A stretch of DNA of 64,000 bases from a virus, in IMG/VR virus record IMGVR_UViG_3300045988_142974, positions 96,001 to 160,000 of that record; one strand, written 5' to 3'. The translations under genes were made by a program, and so were the position numbers. The notes under the pieces were generated by a model. That model made no database searches, was not told the DNA's origin, and was given only the letters and a program-made list of their open reading frames with translations. Positions 25,996 through 34,290 of the stretch are shown here, in pieces; within the stretch, counting starts at the first letter, position 1, and every line of letters starts with the position of its first letter.

Positions 25996-26487
25996 ATGAT
26001 AGTTGGTGTAAAAATATGTGAAGCGAAAGATACAATTAAGAAATATGAAGACCTTGGGTATAAGTTTGTTAGTGAAGAAAATGTAGGTGAAGGATATTTA
26101 AAACTTATATTCAGAGGTTCAATTGTTCCAGAAGAGAATAATATAACAGATATTCAATTCCATGAGGGCGATTTTATAGAAAATAAGGATGGGAAAATTG
26201 GATATATTTCATCCATTTGTCATTGTGATGAGTGTAAAAAACGTGGATTTTTTGAACCAACTATTACATATCTTGATGGAACACCAGATTACATTAGCAA
26301 TTATTCTGTTAAAACTATTTCGTCTGATTATAAACAGATTGGGATTCAGAAGTTTTCAACAGAAGATATATTGAGAAATAAAATAGCTGCACTTGAGAAA
26401 GAGAATAAAGAATTAAAGGAAAAAGTAAATTATTTTATTAATAGAAACGAACTATTAAGGTTGTATATAGGAAGGAATGATAAGTAA
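25996..26487 (+). CDS. hypothetical protein
   Basis: ORF track. Confidence 0.6.
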   Translation: MIVGVKICEAKDTIKKYEDLGYKFVSEENVGEGYLKLIFRGSIVPEENNITDIQFHEGDFIENKDGKIGYISSICHCDECKKRGFFEPTITYLDGTPDYISNYSVKTISSDYKQIGIQKFSTEDILRNKIAALEKENKELKEKVNYFINRNELLRLYIGRNDK

Positions 26488-27270
26488 ATGGCATATATAA
26501 AACAATATTGGCAGAATAAAGAACAAAGAGCGACAATTGCTCGTGAACACACAAAAGAGATGCGGAATAAATATGGTCGTTGTATTCAAACTTCAATTTT
26601 GGGTACAAAAATTTATGATACAAATTCATTTAATAGGGATTTTGAAGAGAATATCGAAGATAAAGATACCAAGATTATTGTAGAGGATATTGATAGTGTA
26701 GGTGCTGTAATGAAATACGGCAATCCAAGTACAGCAGTTCTTAATTTTTCTTCATATAAAAATCCAGGTGGAATGTTTTTAAATGGTAGTAAGGCACAGG
26801 AAGAGTGCTTATGTCACGAATCATTCTTATACAATGTGTTGAGTCAGTTTGTATTAAAGTTTTATGATTGGAATAATCGACATAAGAATAAGGCTTTATA
26901 TTTGAATAGAGGATTATTTTCTCCCGGTGTTTGGTTCTTTAGAGAGAATAGCCATGTAGAGTGTAGTGTTATTACTTGTGCTGCTCCAAATAAGTCGGCT
27001 GCTCAGAAATATCAGAACGTGTCAGACGAAGAGAATACTAAAGCATTAAGAAGTCGAATTAAATTTGTTCTTAATATGGCGAAAGACAACAATGTGAGCA
27101 CTCTTATTTTAGGAGCTTATGGATGTGGAGTATTTGGGCAAGACGCAACAGAAGTAGCGAATATATTTAAAGAATATTTAACTACTACTCATAAATGCTT
27201 CGATACTGTTGTATTTGCTGTTCCAAATGGCAGAGATGGTAACTATGAGAAGTTTGTAAAAGTATTTTAA
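26488..27270 (+). CDS. TIGR02452-family macro/PARG-like protein
   Basis: AVLNFSSYKNPGGMFLNGSKAQEECLCHESFLYNVL and LILGAYGCGVFGQD signatures. Confidence 0.75.
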   Translation: MAYIKQYWQNKEQRATIAREHTKEMRNKYGRCIQTSILGTKIYDTNSFNRDFEENIEDKDTKIIVEDIDSVGAVMKYGNPSTAVLNFSSYKNPGGMFLNGSKAQEECLCHESFLYNVLSQFVLKFYDWNNRHKNKALYLNRGLFSPGVWFFRENSHVECSVITCAAPNKSAAQKYQNVSDEENTKALRSRIKFVLNMAKDNNVSTLILGAYGCGVFGQDATEVANIFKEYLTTTHKCFDTVVFAVPNGRDGNYEKFVKVF

Positions 27271-27287
27271 TAAAGGAGGACGAATAA

Positions 27288-27533
27288 ATGAGTATATGGA
27301 TAAGTACAAAGGATCAAATGCCACCAATAAACGAGGAAGTTTTAATTTTATACAAAGATAAAAAAGATGAACTAAAAGAAGAAAATTTATTTTACAGTGT
27401 TGCAAGTTGGATTAAAGATTCCAATTTTGGGTTTGAGAGATGGTCATATTTTATTGAGTATTCGGGGTATTACGAGGTAGTATATTGGACACCACTTGTA
27501 GATATGCCAAGAATAAAGACACAGGAAACATAG
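27288..27533 (+). CDS. DUF551-like small phage protein
   Basis: MSIWISTKDQMP...YWTPLVDMP pattern. Confidence 0.5.
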   Translation: MSIWISTKDQMPPINEEVLILYKDKKDELKEENLFYSVASWIKDSNFGFERWSYFIEYSGYYEVVYWTPLVDMPRIKTQET

Positions 27534-27560
27534 ATTTCTTGAGGAGTTTAGGAGGGTTTT

Positions 27561-27710
27561 ATGAGAATATATACTGAAATGGAATGCGATATTGGTTGTG
27601 AAGATGGATATTTTTGCGAATATTACAATGAAGAAACCAAAAGTTGTAATTATCCAAATGTTTGTAATGTTTATAAAGAAAATAAAAAGAAACATTGGTG
27701 GCAGAAATAA
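27561..27710 (+). CDS. small Cys-rich protein (49 aa)
   Basis: Hand translation MRIYTEMECDIGCEDGYFCEYYNEETKSCNYPNVCNVY...; SD GGAGGG upstream. Confidence 0.4.
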   Translation: MRIYTEMECDIGCEDGYFCEYYNEETKSCNYPNVCNVYKENKKKHWWQK

Positions 27711-27741
27711 TAGAGAATAATATAACAAGAGGTGTAAATAA

Positions 27742-28155
27742 ATGCAGAATATTAGTATTAAAGGAGTTTGCGATTGTGTAGACTTAGACAGAAATATCAA
27801 ATTGACAAATGGTGCAGTCGTAGTGCAGAAAGAAAATAACAATGTAATAGGTGTTTATTTAGTGATTTCGTTCAGAGATAATAAAAACAAATATGGTAGT
27901 GATAGTACATCAACATATTGTAGTTTGGTAAATCTCGACAATGGGCAATTAGCTTTTGAAGAAAGATGTAGTCGTGCTACAACAGAGAGACGTGTTCTTA
28001 GACATCTAACAAGAGCAGGTTTTAGTTATCCTTATGATCCAAATTCTCATGAGCAGGATAGTAGGTTTTATAATATGAGAATTCAGGTTTATAACAATGG
28101 AAATTACAAAATAAATCTTGAACTTGGTGATGAATATATTATGTATGGTAGATAG
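27742..28155 (+). CDS. hypothetical protein
   Basis: ORF track. Confidence 0.55.
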   Translation: MQNISIKGVCDCVDLDRNIKLTNGAVVVQKENNNVIGVYLVISFRDNKNKYGSDSTSTYCSLVNLDNGQLAFEERCSRATTERRVLRHLTRAGFSYPYDPNSHEQDSRFYNMRIQVYNNGNYKINLELGDEYIMYGR

Positions 28156-28169
28156 GAGGAATAAACCAT

Positions 28170-28460
28170 ATGAAGAAGAAAATTTTAGCAGTTGCATTAG
28201 GATTAACATTGTGTTTTGGAATGACTGGATGCACTGCAAGCGATGATTTGGCAGCCTCTAATATTCCAAATGAACAACAGTCTAAATGTGAACATGAATA
28301 CAAAGAAATTGATTGGCATGTTCAGTCATATTCGGACGGTAGTAATGTTGGTTATGATATTTATTGCCCTAAATGTGAATATGAAATAAATGTTAGTTAT
28401 AAAGAGTGGAATAAAATTCAAGCAGATATGGAATATAAGAAGGAAAATAAAGCACAGTAA
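28170..28460 (+). CDS. lipoprotein (signal peptide + lipobox)
   Basis: MKKKILAVALGLTLCFGMTGC: positively charged N-terminus, hydrophobic core, lipobox-like MTGC. Confidence 0.7.
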   Translation: MKKKILAVALGLTLCFGMTGCTASDDLAASNIPNEQQSKCEHEYKEIDWHVQSYSDGSNVGYDIYCPKCEYEINVSYKEWNKIQADMEYKKENKAQ

Positions 28461-28513
28461 ACCGAAGTTTCTTTTGAATTTTCAAGGGCAAGTCGCTCAA
28501 AAATCCAAGTAAA

Positions 28514-28583
28514 AGAGAATATTACAAAGAAAGGATAATTAGTAGCTGGCTTTAAAGGTTGCAACCGCTTTGGTACTAATTAT
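28514..28583 (+). promoter_or_regulatory. methyltransferase leader: AGAGAATA box, SD-like tract, 49-nt hairpin ending on the start codon
   Basis: AGAGAATA at 28514-28521; AAAGAAAGGA at 28526-28535; perfect 10-bp stem ATAATTAGTA (28535-28544)/TACTAATTAT (28574-28583); apical palindrome GGTTGCAACC (28557-28566). Confidence 0.5.
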
Positions 28584-29389
28584 TGAAACTACAAAATGAT
28601 AAGTATTACACACCAATAGAATTGGCGAATTACTGTTGGGATAAGGTTTTTGAAGTTGTTGGCGAAGAAAATATATCAGAGATTATTGAGCCTAGTGTTG
28701 GGAATGGCAGTTTTCTTCATCATGCAGAGCAACTACCACATTTTGCGTATGATATTGAACCTGAGTGCGAATCTAATTTTACTCATATCTTTAAGCAGGA
28801 TTATTTAAGTGCTGATATAAAGTATCTTTGGGGAAGGCTGATAATAGGAAATCCACCATACGGAAGATGTTTAAATATGGCACAGAAATTTTTTAAGAAG
28901 TCAGTTGAAATTGCAGATACAATTGCATTTATTCTTCCTATAAGTCAATTGAATAACACAAGGTCAATGTATGAGTTTGATTTGGTATATAGTGAAGATT
29001 TAGGTATCCAGCATTATACAGATAGAGATTTACATTGTTGCTTTAATATTTATCGCAGACCTGATAGTGGAGAATTAAATAGTAAACCAGTCGCAAAATT
29101 AAAGGATGTCACTATATATCGGCAGGATAGCAAGGGATATAACGAGAAAGATTTTGATGTTCGTATGTGCTATTGGGGTGATGGATCTGCTGGAAAGATA
29201 TTAAAGGATGATGAACATTATTCGGCAGAATATAAAATCAAGATAAATAATGAAGAATTAAAAGAAGATATTATTGAAGTGCTTACTACATTTGATTGGA
29301 AGGAATATCTAAATTGTATTGCAATGAGAAAAATACAACAATTTCACATTGTCGATGTCTTAAAGAAGAATATCAAAGGAATTAAATAA
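28583..29389 (+). CDS. N6-adenine DNA methyltransferase (gamma-class, TaqI/Eco57I-like)
   Basis: YYTP, motif I EPSVGNGSF, motif IV GNPPYG. TTG start. Confidence 0.8.
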   Translation: MKLQNDKYYTPIELANYCWDKVFEVVGEENISEIIEPSVGNGSFLHHAEQLPHFAYDIEPECESNFTHIFKQDYLSADIKYLWGRLIIGNPPYGRCLNMAQKFFKKSVEIADTIAFILPISQLNNTRSMYEFDLVYSEDLGIQHYTDRDLHCCFNIYRRPDSGELNSKPVAKLKDVTIYRQDSKGYNEKDFDVRMCYWGDGSAGKILKDDEHYSAEYKIKINNEELKEDIIEVLTTFDWKEYLNCIAMRKIQQFHIVDVLKKNIKGIK

Positions 29390-29458
29390 GAGAATAATAC
29401 ATTGAAAGGAGCAAGAGATTTGCTGCAGCGTTAAATCTGGATTTGCTCTGAGTAAGAA
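29389..29458 (+). promoter_or_regulatory. methyltransferase leader: AGAGAATA box, SD-like GGAG, about 40-nt hairpin
   Basis: AGAGAATA at 29389-29396; GGAG at 29408-29411; stems GAGCAA/TTGCTC (29409-14/29443-48) and AGATTT/AAATCT (29416-21/29433-38); apical palindrome GCTGCAGC (29422-29429). Confidence 0.5.
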
Positions 29459-30334
29459 ATGTTAGAGATTAACAAAATATACAACGAAGATTGCTTTGAA
29501 GGTATGAAAAAGATTGATGATAAGTCAATAGATTTTATTTTTACGGATCTTCCTTATAATACGACTAATAATTCTTGGGAATGTGAAATGCCGTTAAATG
29601 ATTATGTCGAGTTATCAGGTCAATATTTTTATGAAACAGATTTATTCAAGTTAGCTCAAGTAACAAATAGCAGTCTCGAATATACAAGAGATTGGTTCTA
29701 CGAGAATAAGAAAGATGGCTTATGGAATCATTACAATCGAATCATCAAAGATAACGGTTGTATTGCACTATGGGCGCAGTCACCTTTTGATAAGAAACTC
29801 GCTTGTAGTAATGAAAAGCTATATCGCTATGAATGGATTATCGAAAAAACCAAAGCAACTGGTCATCTAAATGCAAAGAAAATGCCTATGAAGGCACACG
29901 AAAATGTCTTAATTTTCTATAAGAAACTCCCTACTTACAATCCACAAATGACAGAAGGACATACACCTGTTCATTCTTATACAAAACATACAACAGATGG
30001 TAGCTGTTATGGTGCTACAAAGACTGGTATTTCAGGTGGTGGTAGTACACAAAGATACCCAAGAGATGTTCAGCAGTTCAAGTGGGACACTCAGAAAAGT
30101 AGCTTACATCAATGTCAAAAGCCTGTTGAAGCGTGTGAGTATTTTATTAAAACCTATACTAATCCAGGAGATTTAGTTCTTGATTCGTGTGCAGGAAGTT
30201 GTACCACTGCAGTTGCAGCTTTGAATACAGGTAGAAATTACATATGTTTTGAGAAGGACAAGGATATTTTTGAGGTTGGAAGTAAGAGAGTAGCTGAATA
30301 TGCTAATCAGGATTTATTGATAAGTGCAACTTAA
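29459..30334 (+). CDS. N4-cytosine/N6-adenine DNA methyltransferase (beta-class, PF01555-like)
   Basis: FTDLPYNT (motif IV) precedes DSCAGSCTT (motif I). Confidence 0.85.
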   Translation: MLEINKIYNEDCFEGMKKIDDKSIDFIFTDLPYNTTNNSWECEMPLNDYVELSGQYFYETDLFKLAQVTNSSLEYTRDWFYENKKDGLWNHYNRIIKDNGCIALWAQSPFDKKLACSNEKLYRYEWIIEKTKATGHLNAKKMPMKAHENVLIFYKKLPTYNPQMTEGHTPVHSYTKHTTDGSCYGATKTGISGGGSTQRYPRDVQQFKWDTQKSSLHQCQKPVEACEYFIKTYTNPGDLVLDSCAGSCTTAVAALNTGRNYICFEKDKDIFEVGSKRVAEYANQDLLISAT

Positions 30335-30337
30335 TTA

Positions 30338-30407
30338 AGAGAATAAGAACAATGAAAGGAGACGAGGTTCGTGTACACAAGAAGGAATTCCTTACTCCAA
30401 GTAATTT
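30338..30407 (+). promoter_or_regulatory. methyltransferase leader: AGAGAATA box, SD-like GGAG, palindrome-rich hairpin
   Basis: AGAGAATA at 30338-30345. GGAG at 30358-30361 can pair with CTCC at 30395-30398. Palindromes GTGTACAC (30371-30378) and AAGGAATTCCTT (30382-30393). Confidence 0.5.
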
Positions 30408-31142
30408 ATGAAATATATGGGTTCAAAATCTCGTATAGTTGATAATATTTTACCGATTATTCAAGAAAGATTGCGAGATTATAATATCAAAACATACATA
30501 GAGCCATTTTGCGGCGGCTGTAATGTAATCGACAAAGTTCAATGTGATATAAAAATCGCTTCTGACAATCATAAATATCTTATTGAAATGTTCAAGAATC
30601 TAAATCAGATTCAAAATCTCCCAGAATTTATTACAAAAGAACATTACTCAGATGTAAGAAAGTGTTTTAATAAAGGATTATCCCAATATCCAGATTGGTA
30701 TATTGGTGCAGTTGGCTTTCTTTCAAGCTATAACGGAAGATTCTTTGATGGAGGTTACTCAGGTATCGTATATACAAAAGCTGGAACTGAAAGAAATTAT
30801 TACGATGAAGCTAAGAGAAATTTGTTAGAGCAGATTCCAAGGTTAGAAGATATTCAATTCCAATGTGGAGATTATAAAGAGTTATATTCTGATAAAGTTG
30901 ACTGCTTATTTTATTGCGATATTCCATATAAGGGTACGAAACAGTATGGATCAAGTAAGAATTTTGATTATGACAGATTCTGGAATTGGGCTGAGAAGAT
31001 GAGCGAGAAAAATATTGTCTTAGTCAGTGAGCATGAAGCTCCTTCTGGATGGGAATGTATTTGGCAACAGGAAGTCAAGAGAACGATTGACAATACGAAG
31101 CAAGTTAAAGCAGTAGAAAAGTTATTTGAAATTAGAGAATAA
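30408..31142 (+). CDS. N6-adenine DNA methyltransferase (D12/Dam-like, alpha-class)
   Basis: YMGSKSRI, EPFCGGCNV, CDIPY. Confidence 0.85.
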   Translation: MKYMGSKSRIVDNILPIIQERLRDYNIKTYIEPFCGGCNVIDKVQCDIKIASDNHKYLIEMFKNLNQIQNLPEFITKEHYSDVRKCFNKGLSQYPDWYIGAVGFLSSYNGRFFDGGYSGIVYTKAGTERNYYDEAKRNLLEQIPRLEDIQFQCGDYKELYSDKVDCLFYCDIPYKGTKQYGSSKNFDYDRFWNWAEKMSEKNIVLVSEHEAPSGWECIWQQEVKRTIDNTKQVKAVEKLFEIRE

Positions 31143-31161
31143 ATATCTGGGAGGTGACAAT

Positions 31162-31548
31162 TTGAATGAACCAAAGTTTTATGTACAGGAATTAATATCT
31201 ACGGAATATATGGACAAAAGAGTTTTAATCCTATATCCATATGAACTTAGCAATGAGCCGATATTAAAAGACAATATTCCCAAAATGACAAAAGTGATAA
31301 GAGAATATATAAAAGAGTCTGAAATGTATAGAAAGTGTGTAGATACAATTCCAAATCTTATATGGGATTCTCAAAAATTATCTATGCAGAATGAAGCTGA
31401 TGAACATCAAAGAAAAGCTGATGAACTTGCAGAAATAATGAATGAAGGTATCAGTCCTTATGCGTGGTATGTTAAAGGTAGGTTTGATGGAGAGATAGGT
31501 GGATTTCATTACAATGTAGATAATATAGTTTATTTGGATAGAAACTAG
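31162..31548 (+). CDS. hypothetical protein
   Basis: ORF track, trimmed to the TTG after SD GGGAGGTGA. Confidence 0.55.
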   Translation: MNEPKFYVQELISTEYMDKRVLILYPYELSNEPILKDNIPKMTKVIREYIKESEMYRKCVDTIPNLIWDSQKLSMQNEADEHQRKADELAEIMNEGISPYAWYVKGRFDGEIGGFHYNVDNIVYLDRN

Positions 31549-31605
31549 CAAGAAATTTTGGTTTCAAGGTTTGTCACGAAAACTATATAATATTCGGGAT
31601 AAAAA

Positions 31606-31691
31606 AGAGAATATATCAATGTAATTACAATTAAGGAAAGGAAAGACGTTCACATGTGAGTAAAGCTGCGCAGCTACTATGGTGAACAAAT
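31606..31691 (+). promoter_or_regulatory. methyltransferase leader: AGAGAATA box, SD-like tract, about 40-nt hairpin
   Basis: AGAGAATA at 31606-31613; AAGGAAAGGAAAG at 31633-31645; stem GTTCAC/GTGAAC (31648-53/31682-87); palindromes CACATGTG (31651-58) and AGCTGCGCAGCT (31664-75). Confidence 0.5.
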
Positions 31692-32528
31692 TTGAAAAAT
31701 ACATATATTAAATCGCCTCTAAATTATGTCGGAGGCAAGTATAAGTTACTACCAATTATTGTACCAATGTTTCCAGATAAGATAAATACTTTTGTAGATT
31801 TATTTGGTGGAGGTTTTAATGTCGGTATTAATGTAAAAGCTGATCATATTATCTACAATGATATATGTGAGCAGGTAGTTGGTTTTCTAAGATATTTACA
31901 AGGTTCAAATATTGAAGAAGTATTATATAAGATTGATTCATATATTAGTAAGTATGGATTAACGAAAGAAAACAAAGAAGGATATTTACTGTTTAGAAAA
32001 GAATATAACACAGGTATTAAAGATCCAATTAAATTCTATACGCTTTTATGTTATGCGTTCAATAATCAAATCAGATTCAATTCCAAAGGTGAATATAACA
32101 TGCCTTTTGGTAAAGACAGATCCAGTTTTAATCCCACTCTTAGACAAAAATTTATAGATTTTCATAAGCAACTGAATGAAATAGATTGTAGTTTCTTAAA
32201 TATTCCATTTGAGAGATTTGATTTTTCTGATTTTACGGAAGGTGATTTTGTTTATGCAGATCCACCATATTTTAATTCTGTTGCTACATACAATGAAAAC
32301 GGTGGCTGGACAGAAGAAATGGAGAATAAATTACTAGAGACTCTTGATGCTTTGAATGATAAAGGCGTTAAGTTTGCATTAAGTAATAATCTCAAATATG
32401 ACAATCCATTACTTGATAAATGGAAAGATAAATACATAGTTCATTATTTAAAGCATGATTATAGTAACTGTAATTACCAGAAAAAGGATAAGAGTGCAGA
32501 TTGTGAGGTATTAATCACAAATTATTAA
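31692..32528 (+). CDS. dam: Dam-family N6-adenine DNA methyltransferase
   Basis: YVGGKYKLL, DLFGGGFNV, ADPPY. TTG start. Confidence 0.88.
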   Translation: MKNTYIKSPLNYVGGKYKLLPIIVPMFPDKINTFVDLFGGGFNVGINVKADHIIYNDICEQVVGFLRYLQGSNIEEVLYKIDSYISKYGLTKENKEGYLLFRKEYNTGIKDPIKFYTLLCYAFNNQIRFNSKGEYNMPFGKDRSSFNPTLRQKFIDFHKQLNEIDCSFLNIPFERFDFSDFTEGDFVYADPPYFNSVATYNENGGWTEEMENKLLETLDALNDKGVKFALSNNLKYDNPLLDKWKDKYIVHYLKHDYSNCNYQKKDKSADCEVLITNY

Positions 32529-32533
32529 AAATC

Positions 32534-32576
32534 TCAACCTCTGAAATGCCCTAAAATCAAGGCTTTCAGAGGTTGA
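32534..32576. terminator. 13-bp-stem hairpin after the methyltransferase block
   Basis: TCAACCTCTGAAA (32534-46)/TTTCAGAGGTTGA (32564-76). No T-run follows on the + strand (an A-run precedes and follows), so terminator function is uncertain. Confidence 0.45.
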
Positions 32577-32615
32577 AAAGCAAAGTAAAACCACGTTTCA
32601 TTTAAGGAGGTAAAA

Positions 32616-32984
32616 ATGGAAGATATTGTAAACATTATTGAAATTAATAAATATATGTATTTTGATAAAAATTGTGGAGTATTTCGTTTAACATCAGAAG
32701 CTTCAGAAATTATCTATAGACAGAAAAAAATTATTTGCAGTTATTCAGGTGCAGATGAATGGATAAATTTCTTCACGTTAGAAATGATGAATCTTTATAC
32801 AGGTTCAAGTCCATATAATTATGTAATAAGAACTTGCGATCATCACGAAGCATTCCCAAGAATTTTTAAAGAGAATAAAAAAGGGTTAAGTGATTGGGTT
32901 GAAAAGTCTCTTACGGAAGAATGGGGAAAGAGAATGTATAAGATGATTGAAAATATTATTGATGACTTACCAGTATGTGAATAG
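32616..32984 (+). CDS. hypothetical protein
   Basis: ORF track; SD AAGGAGGT upstream. Confidence 0.55.
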   Translation: MEDIVNIIEINKYMYFDKNCGVFRLTSEASEIIYRQKKIICSYSGADEWINFFTLEMMNLYTGSSPYNYVIRTCDHHEAFPRIFKENKKGLSDWVEKSLTEEWGKRMYKMIENIIDDLPVCE

Positions 32985-33501
32985 GAGAGTGAATTATATA
33001 GGTAAATCATTAGAATTTGTAAAAGAACGAATTGCATCAGGTCAGTGCAATGGTATGGAAAATAATAAATATGAATCCATGATTGAGCAGGATATACGAG
33101 AGTTATTTACGGTTATTACTTACACCAAAGATGAAACAATTTTAATAGATGTTCCTTATCTTAAAGGTGACAAACCTTATTTTAATGTAATTATTAAGCA
33201 CGATCCAGATGCAGATTTTGAATATTTCACAATGCAGCGTTGCAATTGTGATGGAACGTTTGTATTCTTTCAAGATTTAATGGGTGAGTGCATAGATAAA
33301 ATGATTCATCTTAAAACCTGTAATGTAAATAAGGAGATTCCAAAAGATTTAACTGGATATTCTATCATCTATACTGTCGGAGATTTTGTATTGGCAGAAG
33401 AGTTTGGAAAAGAATTTGCAACTGAAGAAAAGCCTTGGATGCAGAGTAGATTCACTGCTATGTTGCCAATTAAGTTTGATATAGTAAGGAATGGAGAATA
33501 A
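32947..33501 (+). CDS. hypothetical protein (start uncertain, probably about 32990)
   Basis: ORF track. The track ATG overlaps the previous gene by 38 nt, and the SD AGGAGAG at 32983-32989 has no canonical start at the right distance. Confidence 0.45.
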   Translation: MKILLMTYQYVNRRVNYIGKSLEFVKERIASGQCNGMENNKYESMIEQDIRELFTVITYTKDETILIDVPYLKGDKPYFNVIIKHDPDADFEYFTMQRCNCDGTFVFFQDLMGECIDKMIHLKTCNVNKEIPKDLTGYSIIYTVGDFVLAEEFGKEFATEEKPWMQSRFTAMLPIKFDIVRNGE

Positions 33502-33505
33502 TAGT

Positions 33506-33757
33506 ATGGAGTTATCACAAGATGAAAGACAAAAATTTTTAGAATTAATAGATAAAGTAAGTCCATGTGCTGCAATTTCTGAAAAAGAAAATCTTGAAAA
33601 GTTTAAAGAGTGGCTGGATAGTGATAGGTCAAAAAGAGTTACATTTGTTGAAGCTCCAAAAATATTTAAAGATCAGGTTGGAAATGACAAAGTGCTTCTT
33701 ATACCAACAAATGACGAAGCTATAAAGCCAATAAGAGTAATATTCGAAGGAGAATAA
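33506..33757 (+). CDS. hypothetical protein
   Basis: ORF track, trimmed to MELSQDE. Confidence 0.55.
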   Translation: MELSQDERQKFLELIDKVSPCAAISEKENLEKFKEWLDSDRSKRVTFVEAPKIFKDQVGNDKVLLIPTNDEAIKPIRVIFEGE

Positions 33758-33761
33758 CAAT

Positions 33762-34040
33762 ATGAACAAAAGACAGAAAAAGAAGTTATTTAAACAGACA
33801 CTTATTAAGGTTAGAAAACTGCATCCACAGAAGGGTGATGTGATTTGTTTTCAACCAGATTTAGATTGGATTGATGCTGAAACTATGTGCCAGTTTATGA
33901 AAGTTTATTCGAATAATGATGTTTTCGGTAAATTGAAGTTAGCTTTTGTACCTGCTGATATTAAGCAGCTTAGACATAAAGGGGACGCTCAGATATATAT
34001 TGATAAGTTACAGAGTATTGTAAATCAGATGGGAGAATAA
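33762..34040 (+). CDS. hypothetical protein
   Basis: ORF track. Confidence 0.55.
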   Translation: MNKRQKKKLFKQTLIKVRKLHPQKGDVICFQPDLDWIDAETMCQFMKVYSNNDVFGKLKLAFVPADIKQLRHKGDAQIYIDKLQSIVNQMGE

Positions 34041-34247
34041 ATGATTAAAAATAAGGCTTTAGCACAAATTTTAAAGAATCAATATTTAATTTTATATTAT
34101 TTACGACACTGCGAGTCTTGTAAAAATCTAATGGAGGACATTAATGAAATTACTGATAACGCATTAATAAAAACTGAATATTTTACAGACAAATTGTTGC
34201 ATAGAAGGCGAACAAGAAAGAAGCATTTCCTTCAAGTTTTTGAATGA
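34041..34247 (+). CDS. hypothetical protein
   Basis: ORF track. Confidence 0.5.
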   Translation: MIKNKALAQILKNQYLILYYLRHCESCKNLMEDINEITDNALIKTEYFTDKLLHRRRTRKKHFLQVFE

Positions 34248-34290
34248 AAAGAGAGAATAAACACATAGAAAATAGAAAGAGAGGATACAT

